A stretch of 63,633 nt of DNA, the filler included, from Phoronis australis (lineage: Eukaryota; Animalia; Phoronida), in the NCBI GenBank assembly GCA_002633005.1. It is 7 parts of 7 records of this genome, joined end to end, with 100 filler letters (N's around TTAATTAATTAA, not from the genome) between each part and the next. Parts side by side here need not be neighbours in the genome. Positions count along the whole stretch, not along the records: positions 43,919 to 57,014 come from NMRA01001005.1; positions 57,115 to 60,152 come from NMRA01003260.1; positions 60,253 to 62,398 come from NMRA01003830.1; positions 62,499 to 63,633 come from NMRA01002638.1; 3 more parts are not named here. The stretch is one strand, 5' to 3'. The notes under the pieces were generated by a model. The model was not told where the DNA came from, made no database searches, and saw only the letters and a program-made list of their open reading frames with translations. The stretch's first letter is position 1. Every line of letters begins with the position of its first letter. The position numbers were made by a program, and so were the translations under genes. Of this stretch, positions 52,160 to 63,633 are shown piece by piece.

Positions 52160-53664
52160 TGCAATTTTTTAATTGATTGTCAAGTGGCCAACCGTCTTCC
52201 ACCTATTGCATCATTTGGCGGGAAACTTAGAAATAACCAATTTGTCCAAAATTAAAAAAAATCGCGACTAGTTTGAATAAAGAGTGCTTATTTAGTTATA
52301 TTTAATGGTATTCGTGTCATTTTCGCTACCTGAAACCTCAAAAACTAAGAAAATGCATGGTGGGAACTCTTTAAAAATAAAACAGTCTGATTAGGAATGC
52401 TACGACACGTGTTTGACGAACCTATAAGAGTATACAGAAATGGGTCTGTCTGCATAAAATCAGACCAGGCTACAATTTCTACTTCACAACCCAGTACTAC
52501 CGAAATAACTCTGTCGCATCTCAAATGGTTTTACGAACCAATTCTTTTTTCATAAACTGTCACAAAATGGTAGTTGTGACAATTGATAACAGAATTCTCC
52601 AGGCTAAAATCATTACGAAAAACTTAAATTGCACTAAGCGACATTTCACAAAAAGATACCTTTTCTCTTGTTAGGCCCCTTTAACACAAAACTGCTTTTA
52701 CATACATTAAAATGGCCAGTATTTGTTTTGGACATGGTAACCGAAAAAGTAAAATAATATAAGTCACAAACAACTCCGACAAGGACATGATTGGTTCATG
52801 ATATAGTTAACATGCACAATATTCAGTGAAGATGGATCAAGCGAACTTAAAATCAGTTTCTAAAAATCTCGAGGGGATTAACCATTTGAAACCTAAACAT
52901 TGACAATCGTTCCATCCCGTTGTATCCAAGGTACACATGTAGTAAGTCCAGTCCCGCTAAGATGGTCGTATCATTAATTGGTGTTGACGAACAATTCATA
53001 GGGGTGGTTTATGAAGGTTTTCAACTTGAATGTGAGTTATGATAACGTTACTTTAGTAACAATATTCCATTTTTACAAAAACACAGTGTTGCCTTCGCAA
53101 TAACATTACTGCGGCCGTCTTAAAAGCGACATCACTTACAAGCTTTGATAAAACTGACCTCAGGTGCACTGAATGTGACAGTCGCGACCAGCTGTGCAGC
53201 GGATGCCTTTAAAAGTTTAACTGAATACAGAAAATTTAACTTTTCGGACATTTTTTGAATTGCTACTAAATCCTTCTCAACACTACGAGTAACAGATAGC
53301 AAGCATACTTAGACCTTACCAGGTGTTGGGGAGTGTGTGCCCACAGCAGGTATTCGTATAATAGGTTTTGCTGCAATCATGAACATAGATATCGATACAA
53401 TATTGACGTGATAGGTTAAGACTTAAACGAATGCCTGCAAAAGATAAAATTAGTGTTGGTAACAAAATGTTTGCTTTTGCTACGAGCATGCGCCTTAAAA
53501 CAATTTCCAAGCAGTCATAATCAAATCGACTAATAAGTTATTCCTTATATCCAAAGTGGCCACGTCATTATAAAGTATCTGACGTCAGCGTTAGCCAACA
53601 ACTTCACACGTGACAACGTTCAACTTCTGAGGGTTGTCAGTGACAACTTCACCAGAACACCCAC

Positions 53665-53964
53665 CTGTAGCCCTTGTAATGACGTGTTTGGATGCTGTGA
53701 ACGTTACACCCCGTACAGTGTTGGTCGCAAAACACACGTAGACAGATTCATTGACTGTGATGGAAAGGACAGCACTAATGACGCTATCTCTTGGGTCGAC
53801 CTGGCGCCAACTGTACAGGTGAGGCGCGGGAATGGGCGGAGACGACGGGTTGACACCACAAGTTAAACTGACTTGATCATTGATGTAGTACTCAAACGGT
53901 GAAGTACACTGGGTGGTGGACGTCATGCACACTTGAATATTGGCATCGGATACAGGCACAGGTG
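53665..53964 (-). CDS. Ig-domain receptor, immunoglobulin-like domain exon (upstream exons not located)
   Basis: 300-nt phase 1/1 exon (caaccag ... GTGGGT); VSLTC..P.P..YSW..LSI..VYVCFATN carries the Ig B/C/E/F strand signatures. Confidence 0.85.
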
Positions 53965-56358
53965 CTGGTTGAAGAAGGAAACGTAGAAGAAACCACGAGA
54001 AAATCTAATCAACGTTCATAAACCGTGAAAGACTACCGTGTGTGGCTAACAGTGTTGGCTATTGGAATTTTAAAGATTACTGGAAAAATTATTATCCAGT
54101 TTAATTATTGAGTTATCTTTTCAAACGAACATAGACGCCACATCAAACAAAAAACATGTTATAGTACTACGTAAAGACAGCCTCCAGCGTCTAAAACACC
54201 TGTTTGACACCAGAAATGCAACATAAAGTGTTTTTGCTTCTTACATACCACAGAATGTAATTAATTGCGACTCAAATTACATCGCTCATAATTTGTAGTC
54301 CCTTCGAGCCCCGCGGAAAAAAATCTCAAGCAATCAGTATTCCAATACAATGGAGACACGGTGAAAGTCAAATTTGTTGTAACGATGATGTCATACACTT
54401 CGATTGGTGCAAGCGCCATCTCAAGCTTTTTTTGGCTCTAAAAGGGATTCGTGACGAGGTTACTGTATTGTCAAAGGCCTACTGGGGCATGCTATGACAC
54501 CGTATGTTGATGTTTTTCATCAAAATACATATTTTAGATATAAAAATAGTCATTTTGGCACCATACTAGGCCTTTAATATTTGACGTGCAAAATGACACT
54601 CTTATACGTGAACGCTTTAACGTGTCTATATAAAAACCAGTAGATTTTCGAAAATCATTGTTTGCGTCAAAATTAAAAACAGCTTCATTTTTGTACATAG
54701 ATAGGCATCCTAACAAAAAAATAAATGCCACATTTTGTGCACTCAATGACCCCTAATTCCTGGAGCACTAGAAGTTGCAAAATAGTTTGAAAGTTGTACT
54801 TTGGCGGCTGGAATAACCAATTCGTAAACTGTAAATAACTATTTATCATTAACTCAAATGTGACGGCTTTATTCTAGACATGGGAGATAACCCACAGACC
54901 ACTTTCACTAGCTAATTTCAGTGGCTGTTTTTGTGACCCACTTGCTGTCATACTTCACCTTGTAGCTTTTTTAAACTTTTTGAACATAGAGTTAAAGAGT
55001 AAATCGTGATGACTGACCAAGAAAATATCTATTTGAACAAGAAATCTGCTTTGAATTGTTTTAAAAGTCAAGTCTAAAGTCTTTCAAATGAAAACAATGT
55101 GTTTTATGGATGTATTAGGCGATCAGTATGAAAACTGAACCCGATGACCTTTGTCCAGTGAGTCAGTTGACATTAGGTTTGGGGATATATCAAACACCTG
55201 TACATGTAAACCTCTTGTTTTCTTCCATTATCATTTATTCGATAATTGCAGGTCAAATAAATGAAAATGAATCTCTTTGAAATTTGAATTTGTAAGAATT
55301 GTTGTTTGATGCTATTATGTTCTTAAAGGCAAAATGAAGAACGAAGGCCATTTCTGTTCGTTTCGAGAGTTTTCATCAAACAAGTGCCATCACAAAGGCT
55401 TTGTGGCTTCAGTCAATCAGGCTAAAAACACTTCAGAACATCTGAGATGCTGTAAAGTACCGCATAAACCAAGGCCAGCGGCAGAGTACGGGCTCGTACT
55501 AGCCAGGATAGGTAAGTTTTGTGACTGAGCAGGACCAATGGTGGAGTCAAACTTGAACATACTGCATCCATGAAAGTCTGTCACAGTTTGCTAGAGTCTC
55601 TCTCATCGGATGCCATTTTGGGGAAGTTACGTGAAATCATGCCTGCTGACGAACGAAAAATCCAAGGGACAAAAATCTTACAAATTTCACGAAGGGTAGC
55701 ACCGTGAAATGTCGTTTATCGTGGCTTCTCATTGGTTAAGGTAATGAAACCGACGTCATAACATTTAGTCATTCCATTGGTTGAAATCTGGAAAACCCCT
55801 TTCAGTTTACTGTTGCGTAGTATGGAGACCACCGTTGACTTGAATAGTTGCAATTTATTAAAACGGGCAGTTATCGAAGTAAACAAAATCAAGGGAACTC
55901 CAATCTCGTAGCTAAGACCAAGCAAGTACACTGCATATAGAAGGCTTGTGCAAGTGGGGCGATGTGATCGGTAAACTTCCGACCAAGCATGCGCATTGAT
56001 CCCCACACACGAAATTCCGTGTGTCGTTCATCATGTTTCCACAGAGCCACTTTTCAGTATAGGTGGCGCTGTGTCAAATCGTAATTATTTCCCATGCTAT
56101 TTTTCAAGAAGTGGAGTTGGAATTCGTCGCCAAAGTCACCTTAATTCTCGTAGAGTTCATAAAAGATATGTGTAGAAGCAGAAAAGGATCACTTGAGAAT
56201 CATAGTTTTACTTGTAGAATGCATTTTTGACGATGTGAAAACTTTTAATCGGTGAGCAGATTTCGCCTACATTTTAAAGTAAACAGGGCGAAATTAGTAC
56301 GGAAAGCAATAGGAAGTACTGAAGCTCCTAACCAGCCAACCTAAGGGGTACGTGTTGC

Positions 56359-56520
56359 CAGTGACGGATTTAGAGGGGGCCAAGGGGGCCATGCCCCCCA
56401 CGGCCCCTAAAACTCTCCCAGATTCCATTTAGTAATTGGGGATTGCTAATGTCTGACGAGCAAAATCCTGGCTAATACTATGCCCTGCCCCCCCTAACTA
56501 AAAGTCTGGACCCGCCCCTG
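56359..56520 (-). mobile_element. MITE family A copy 2
   Basis: CAGTGACGGATTTAG ... CTGGACCCGCCCCTG; its reverse complement aligns to 18900-19042. Confidence 0.8.
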
Positions 56521-57014
56521 ATTGCGTAGGAACAGAGGACCGTAACCACCTTAGGTGCCTCCCATCCTTTGTCATTGGCTGTCACAACGAAGATAAAAGC
56601 ACGAGTAAGGCAGATTCCGACTGGTAGTCGCGTCCACATTCTCAGTGGCAACCATCATCTTTACAGTAAGCACATACATGCCAATTTTCACAATTAGTCG
56701 GTGGGCCAGATCTCATAGCGTTCACCCTTGTGAGTACTTTGGGGGGGCAACCTAGTTTTTTCTATGTGGCTAGATAATATACCCATAAATCAAATTCCAA
56801 AAAGTTCCCACGTCTACACTTGCACATTTTTTTAAAAAAAGGTGTTTTTGTTGCACAAAATTTGATGCACATTCCTGCCACTTGATGGCGCTTTTCTATT
56901 GAATTGACCAATCAGAGAGCCAGATTGTATTGTTGTGCTTAGTTACTTCAATATGGCTGCTCCCATGGAGTGTGATGCCTTTATAATTCAAGGTTTATCA
57001 AACAGCACAAAATT

Positions 57015-57114
57015 NNNNNNNNNNNNNNNNNNNNNNNNNNNNNNNNNNNNNNNNNNNNTTAATTAATTAANNNNNNNNNNNNNNNNNNNNNNNNNNNNNN
57101 NNNNNNNNNNNNNN
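57015..57114. other. Artificial contig spacer / assembly gap
   Basis: 44N+TTAATTAATTAA+44N. Confidence 0.98.
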
Positions 57115-57516
57115 GTGCATCCAATTCAATTCTCGTTACGGCTTCATATCCCTGTGTTTTGTAGCCTTAGATGTCAATGAAGTTTTTTGCAAATAACATG
57201 TTCTAATAAATAGTAGTTGCTATACTCTCTCGTTTTAAGAATTCGATCTTTTGGAGCATTTTGAACTTCCAAAAGGTCGCAAAGAATATTTGAATGTTAG
57301 GTTTCATTTCAAATAAAATATTAATTCATTTTGAAAAATGATAGTTTTGAAATATTTTTTTTTTGTTTTTATAGCACTTGACTTCAAATTTACAACTGAG
57401 TCGTTCAACGTGATTAGGCACAAACTCAACTTAGGGTAAACATTATTTGTGCCCACAATTTAGGATACTTAAATCCACTGGCAAGCCTTGTAGAACTTTG
57501 TCTAGCTTCAATGCCA

Positions 57517-59690
57517 TTTTTTATGTGCCCACATATTTATGCGTCCACATACTTATATGTGTCATCTCCGTCCGTCCGGCATCCGTCCGGCGTCCGTCCG
57601 GCGTCCGTCCGGCGTCCGTCCGACGTCCGCTGCTCTATCTCCAAAATGCTTTGTTGTATGATGTACATATGTTCCTATCATGGATGGGACGACATGATCG
57701 AACTTTCGGACGGATTCGACTACCGGTGTACCCCCTAGTGGCAATTTTAGTTTTTTCCGCTTACCTCATCTTCAAAGGTCCTATACGTATTTTCATAAAA
57801 TTTGACGTATAGGCATCTATTGGTGAGATGACACTATCCTCCCGTTTTCGGATGGATTTGACGTAGTTTGCGCCACCTAGTGGCCATTTTTGCTGTTTTC
57901 GAGTCTGTTTTTTGGCGTACACTCCTCTGTCATTCAAACCGCTCTAAAGATAATTGTGGAAATTGGCATGTTTGTTTTTATTATGAAGAGGACAGTTGAC
58001 GATAATTTTCCGACGATTTCGACTACTGTGGCACCTCCTAGTGGTAGTTTTGTCTCATTTTGCGCTCATGGCTGTTTCTCCTAAACCGTTGGCAAGAACT
58101 TTACTAGATTCTGCAAGTGCATTTATGTGATGTTGACAATGGTTGATGACGACTTTCTGAATGATCTGACTACCACTGTGCCCCCTAGTGGCAATTTAAT
58201 ATTTTTACATTTACCTCTGTATCTTCAAAGGTCCTCAAGGTATTTTCATAAAATTTTGGAATATAGGCGCCTAGTAGTGAGATGACGCTATCCTCCTGTG
58301 TTTGGACAGATTCGACGAAATTTGCGACACCTAATGGCCATTTTTGCTATTTTCAAGTCTTGTTTTTTGGCGTCCACCCCTCTATCAACCAAACCGCTCT
58401 AAGGATGATTGTGAAAATTGGCATGTATGTTTTTATTATGAAGAGGACAGCTGACGATGATTTTCCGACAATTTCGACCCCTTTGGCGCCTCCTAGTGGT
58501 AGTTTTTTCTCTTTTTGCACCCATGGCTGTATCTCCTAAACTGATGGCAGGATCTTTACTAAATTCTGCAAGCATATTCATATGATGTTGACAAGCAATG
58601 ATGACAACTTTCGGAGAGATCTGATTACCAGTGTGCCCCCTAGTGGCAATTTATGTTTTTACGTTTACCTCTGTATTTCTTCAAAAGTCCTCAACGTATT
58701 TTCATAAAATTTGAAACATAGGTACCTATTAGTGAGATGAAGCTATCCTCCCATTGTCGGTAGTTTGATGTAGTTTGCACTACTTAGTGGCCATTTATAC
58801 TGTTTTTAGTGTCCACCCCTCTATCAACCAAACCGCACTTAGGATGATTGTGAAAATTGGCATGTATGTTCTTACTACGAAGCTGACAATGATTTACCAA
58901 TGACTTCGACTACTGTGGTGCCTCCTAGTGACAGTTTTGTTTTTTTTTTGCACCCAAGGCTGTATCTCCTAAACGGTTTGCAGCATCTTTGCTAAATTTA
59001 GCAAGTGTATTTATATGATGTTAACAACGGATGACAACTTTCGGACGGATCTGACAACCAGTGTGCCCCGTTTGGCTTACTTCTGTATCTTTAAAGGTCC
59101 TCAACGGATTATCAAAAAGTTTGGAATAAGGCATTTATTGGTGAGATGATGCTATCCTCCCGCTTTGGGATGAAATCGAGGAACTTTTGCACCATCTGGT
59201 GGCCATTATTCCTGTTTTCGAGTCTTGTTTTTTGGCGTTCACCCCTTGATCAACCAAACCATTCTGAGGATGACTTTGAAAATTGGTATATGTTATATAT
59301 TCTCAGTCTGAAGAGGATGGTTGACAACAACACATTCAACTACTGTAACGCCTCCTAGTGGTAGTTTTGTTTTATTTTGTTTTGTGCCCATAGCTGCATC
59401 TCCTAAACTCACTGCAGGATCTTTATTATTCAGTTTATTATTCTTATATGAAGCTAACAACAGATGACGACAAAAGTGGCAATTTCATTATTTTTTGTTT
59501 TCCTTTGTTTCTCTGAAGTTCCTTGACAGATTTTTATCGTAATCTATTTTGCCCGGGGTACGTCACGAGCTATGTTACAGAGTAAAACAAGAGGAGGATT
59601 GCGAATAATGTCATTTATTATGACGTAATTAGATAAAACTAAATAAGACTCCACAAGATGGGCATGGACACAAAAGGCCTCAGGCGTCTA
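57517..59690 (+). mobile_element. HINE/DINE-1-like (Helentron-associated) element with internal tandem array
   Basis: T-run + ATGTGCCCACAT, (CGTCCGTCCGG)n microsatellite at 57568-57630, then ~4 copies of a ~450-bp unit; 3' end is tentative. Confidence 0.6.
57640..59480. repeat. ~450-bp tandem repeat x~4 (trimer of ~150-bp subunits)
   Basis: CCCCCTAGTGGCAATTT at 57731, 58181 and 58636; GTGAGATGA..CTATCCTCC at about 57823, 58276, 58732 and 59141. Confidence 0.92.
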
Positions 59691-60152
59691 TAATGAATAG
59701 CCCTGAAAGATGGAACCAAAGCAAAAGAACTGCCTGAAGGGCTTATACGAAAAGTACAGAACATGAACACAAAAGTTGAAAACACCTAAAAGGAATTGTA
59801 TATGAGAAAACTTAAGATAAAAGTGGAACCGTCACCCAGAATAGGTAGTTGGGAAAAAAAACTGCAGAAATTACGAACAAAGGTCTTGTAGATGACGAGG
59901 TAGATGGCTGAATGAGAGAAACCATGTTGAACTGAAAAAAGGAAATATGGGCGACCAATCGTGTCGCATAGAAAAATGTATCAATACAAAAGTAGGCCCT
60001 TGAGGCTATAAATAGAGATGAGTAATGCAAAATAAACCCTAAGGGTTGATATCAAAATAAAGAGACAAATGTCAAAATAATGGCAATATATGCATTTAAA
60101 AAGTTAAATTTAATTTATGAAATTTGCTTAATAGCTTTCTATAAATAACCCT

Positions 60153-60252
60153 NNNNNNNNNNNNNNNNNNNNNNNNNNNNNNNNNNNNNNNNNNNNTTAA
60201 TTAATTAANNNNNNNNNNNNNNNNNNNNNNNNNNNNNNNNNNNNNNNNNNNN
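60153..60252. other. Artificial contig spacer / assembly gap
   Basis: 44N+TTAATTAATTAA+44N. Confidence 0.98.
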
Positions 60253-60326
60253 TTTCTCACTGAACAATGACACTGGGTCCCTGATAAATAGATGGGCTAT
60301 GTGCTGGGCTAGCAACTTGTCAATCC
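60253..60326 (-). CDS. GCLC: Glutamate-cysteine ligase catalytic subunit, partial internal exon cut by the gap
   Basis: ttatcattcag|GIDKLLAQHIAHLFIRDPVSLFSEK, the conserved GCLC motif LAxHxAHLFIRDP. Confidence 0.9.
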
Positions 60327-62398
60327 CTGAATGATAAACAATATACACGTTTGACTTGGATAGTGAAAGACAGTTGATCAACATGGTGGAGTTCAAAAAT
60401 GCTAGGACCTAGCTAGGACCTCCCTAGGACCTCGCTACTACTTGGGTAGTAGTACTACTTGGGTGCAGAACCAGCGTCGTCACACTTGAGACAGACCCAT
60501 AGATAATCGGCTTTCCACGTCATCAAGTCAGACAAGGTCCTTTGACTAACTACTCCAACAAACTGCTGATTACACAGTCGTCTTGCCAGGCCATACAACT
60601 GGCTATCAACACCGCAGCCTCGCTGCTAGGACCTTGCAAGAAAAGAACGACTTCACAAGATCACGCAAGATATTACCGTGTAGTTTAAATGGGATCTTGG
60701 ACTAGATTTTTCTAGCCGCAAGACAGCTACTGAACTGGATCCACCTCAAAATAGACATATCCAGTACTATTTATTTATTTCCACACCACGAGTTTTTATT
60801 AGTTAGATATAAATCATACAAGCTTAGTACACCACAATGTCACCATGACTAGTCATTTTAAGGCAACTCAACAGGAAAGGTTACTTCTAAACTCTCATGA
60901 GGCACTTATTCATTTAAATTTCACTGCTTTCTTCAAGGATACCACTCTAATAAGCAGTGACGTACACAAGTCAGGTCACATGATAGAGATTGGTACATAT
61001 AGACAAAGGAACAGCAGTTGTAATGTGCGTTATTTCTTTTTTTCTTCTGTTCCAGTAAACTGATTTTTTCTATTCAAACCAAGAAAAATTTTAATGACAG
61101 ATTCACAATGCCTAAAATGGGCAAGAAAGAATGGTTCCAGAAACAGGCAGCGTTCATCACTAACACCCATCCCTGCTCCCCAACTCCCAAACAAAAAATG
61201 CCTAATAACAAATGTACAGGCACTGGTGGTGTCTATTGAAATCGCAACTGGTAAGAAGCATTCATACATGTGTCTTGCGAAAAATGAGATGTAGTGCCTA
61301 ATACCTCCAGAGACAGATTGCCACAGCAGATGATTTTATCCTTTTCAGAGATTATGTAATCAGACAGGTAACTGCCTCCAATTACACACTGCAGACTTTT
61401 AACAACTCTGAACTATTGTGTTAAAAGTAGTCCATAGCTAATAACCTATTATATAAAATGCATCGTTTGCACAACAGACCTTTGTTGCGCTCGTTTCGGC
61501 ACTGCCTTGGTCCCAGGTATTGCATCGGCCCCCTATTTGGATTCGAGGTGTTCTATTTTTTTCTCACGGGCCGTTTTTTCGCGGACGCGGAGGAAGGGTG
61601 GCCAGTTTCGTACTGGCCTTGGTGACGTCAGTGGGTCAGCTCAAAGCCCTGGGTGACGTCACTTCGTCGGCTTAATTTCACTCCCTCCGGCTTCTGTCGT
61701 ATATATAATTCATCGGGCCTGTCGCCGCCAAAATTAATGATGGCTCATTAAAAAATTTTTACTCTTCCTTGAGTAAACTAAATTATTTACTCGGGTGTTG
61801 AAAATTTGCGTTCTTCAGTTATTCTGCTGCTAAAATTGTGGTGCGCTCTTTGGGCGTCATTGCGTCACTTATCGGGCCAATTTCCATGTTCTTCAATCAA
61901 CTGTGGAGGTTGCGTACATGTCATAACAATCGGAAGTGGTTTCATTTTGTTACAAGTTTTTACTATTTTAATACCAAAAAGAACAATTTCAGAAAATACT
62001 CTCGAGAGATATCGCAAAGTTTTGGGATATGGTATGTATGTGCGCGTGTCACGAGATTGCACTGTTTTCAAAATGACAGCAGATAGGATTTTCCTTTGTA
62101 ACAAAAGGCGGAGAATTACAAAAAAATAACGTTTATTAGATTTTGTTTACTTCTATAAACGGCTGTAACGGACACTGTGAATGTCGATTCATTCCCAGAT
62201 TCTGCACGCACCCCTGCAGGTTGTTAGCTCTAAGTTTGACGATGAGGTGACGAGCTGAGCACCCGGGTTGTGTGAAATTTCGGTGTCTAACGGAGCTCTA
62301 CACATGGCTACCTAGCTGTATGTTGACGAAGTCTTAATACACCTAGCTGGCTTTCTATCTCAGTATGTACATTTATGATGCAACTTTTGTAAATACAT

Positions 62399-62498
62399 NN
62401 NNNNNNNNNNNNNNNNNNNNNNNNNNNNNNNNNNNNNNNNNNTTAATTAATTAANNNNNNNNNNNNNNNNNNNNNNNNNNNNNNNNNNNNNNNNNNNN
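62399..62498. other. Artificial contig spacer / assembly gap
   Basis: 44N+TTAATTAATTAA+44N. Confidence 0.98.
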
Positions 62499-63565
62499 TC
62501 CTTGACCTCGAGCGGCAACCGATGGACGTGCGCGGGGGTTTTTTGTGAACATTTTTGTTCTTTGACTGCGAATTTCTTACGAAGTCGCCGGAACAGGACA
62601 CCGTGAATGGTATTGGGAGAAAGAACAATTCTTCATGGTTTGTTGAACCTCTGTTTTGTGTAAATTTATTGAGTTTTATGTTTGCTATGGACGGCTGAAG
62701 TGAAGCACCCGTGGAATTTCTGGTCGGAAGTGTCATACCTTGTAGTATTATATGTAGTGTATTGGGGACGATCAGAAGCTGAGGACGCCTGTGGTAGTAA
62801 TATCGCCACTTGATTTTCGTCAGGAATGTGCTATTAACCTATAACAACGGTTACGTGTTTAAGTGCACAAATACGGTCAGATGAACTTCCTTGATCGTGG
62901 CTCAGCGATATTCTGGGGCCCAAAGACAATTTAATATTCTAACTCCTATCAATGTACATGTGTGAATATAACGACCTTCCCACAGGGTCTCTTTATCTAA
63001 TAGAAGCCACGAAGCAGTGACCACTTTTATCTCTATTTTAGCAGACGATCGTGCACCAACGCTCATTGCATTAAACTAACACTGCCAGTCATGTGATCAT
63101 ATTTTCTCACACTAGAGAAGGAAATCCTTTTCTTTATTGTATTAGTTATGAAAGGTTCAGTGCTTTTTTGTTAACGCGATTCAGCCCGAAAATTCGGCAA
63201 CGAAGAATGAAGATATCAACATTCCGTGAAAAGCTCAGAAGTCTTCAATTTTGACAGCAGCGTCCTGGGCTAGAGTTTTATGACAGGAAATCCCAGGTTT
63301 TCCGTAGCTAATACAGTAATGTAGATTATAAAGAATCATAATTCCTCATGTTCCAGGGTAAGAACTTAATTTGTCCTCGAAACAAGATTATTTTGTTTCT
63401 AAAATGTGAAACTTAAAAAAAACAAAACTAAGATGCTAAAACTATCAGCTTTAAAACCGCAAAAAGTACAGGTAGTTGGCCTCCCCAAGACTTTCGTACA
63501 CCGATCAAAACTTTCGTTTAGAAGGTTCCCCTGGTTTGCGCGTGCACTTAGCAACACTGCGCAAC

Positions 63566-63633
63566 AGGGGTCCGTTTCATGAAAAGCGACTTAAGACAGA
63601 AATTGGATCTTAACGCTCCACACAACTATTCAT
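63566..63633 (+). mobile_element. MITE family C copy 3 (left end only, cut by window)
   Basis: CAGGGGTCCGTTTCATGAAAAGCGACTTAAGACAGAAATTGG..CGCTCC. Confidence 0.6.

Larger units (their letters stand above)
50465..52370. mobile_element. Internally deleted Kolobok-type DNA transposon in an intron of the Ig receptor
   Basis: TTAA(A)AGAGTTCCCACCATG ... CATGGTGGGAACTCT|TTAA, a 15-bp perfect TIR; THAP relic (+) and acidic PYxxxP exon (-) converge. Confidence 0.8.

Noticed and set aside
53159-53220. Extra exon of the Ig receptor (KLLKASAAQLVATVTFSAPE)
   Set aside because: It would end in phase 0 while the TM exon needs phase 1; Ig and TM exons join in frame without it.
56540-56640. Signal-peptide exon for the Ig receptor (MWTRLPVGICLTRAFIFVVTA)
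   Set aside because: Weak hydrophobic core and no phase-1 donor.
57447-59358. Repeated similar ORFs (RPASVRRP; FFGVH..ALK/RMIV)
   Set aside because: These are translations of the microsatellite and tandem units; frames are not conserved between copies.
61305-61380. Upstream GCLC exon (GSYLSDYII..SLEG)
   Set aside because: Only SYLS matches; the conserved KSRY/YND motifs are absent and there is no good acceptor.

Overview
AT-rich animal genomic DNA, probably a marine invertebrate, with GT-AG introns and dense transposon relics. It consists of 7 contigs joined by six identical 100-nt spacers (44N-TTAATTAATTAA-44N). Host genes, all on the minus strand and all partial: (1) four 5' exons of a natriuretic-peptide-receptor/receptor guanylyl cyclase-type protein (7712->258); (2) six phase-compatible exons of an Ig-domain single-pass receptor whose tail has multiple ITIM/ITAM-like tyrosine motifs (53964->45538); (3) one GCLC exon (60326->60253). 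Mobile DNA: two decayed TTAA-flanked Kolobok-type elements, each pairing a THAP gene with a convergent P2X7-C-terminus-like gene (14897-20292, 50465-52370); two LINE relics; several MITE families; a foldback element; tRNA-derived SINE heads; and a HINE-like element whose ~450-bp tandem array carries a CTCF-like motif about every 150 bp. No prokaryotic genes, rRNA or CRISPR were seen. All calls were made by eye, without database searches.
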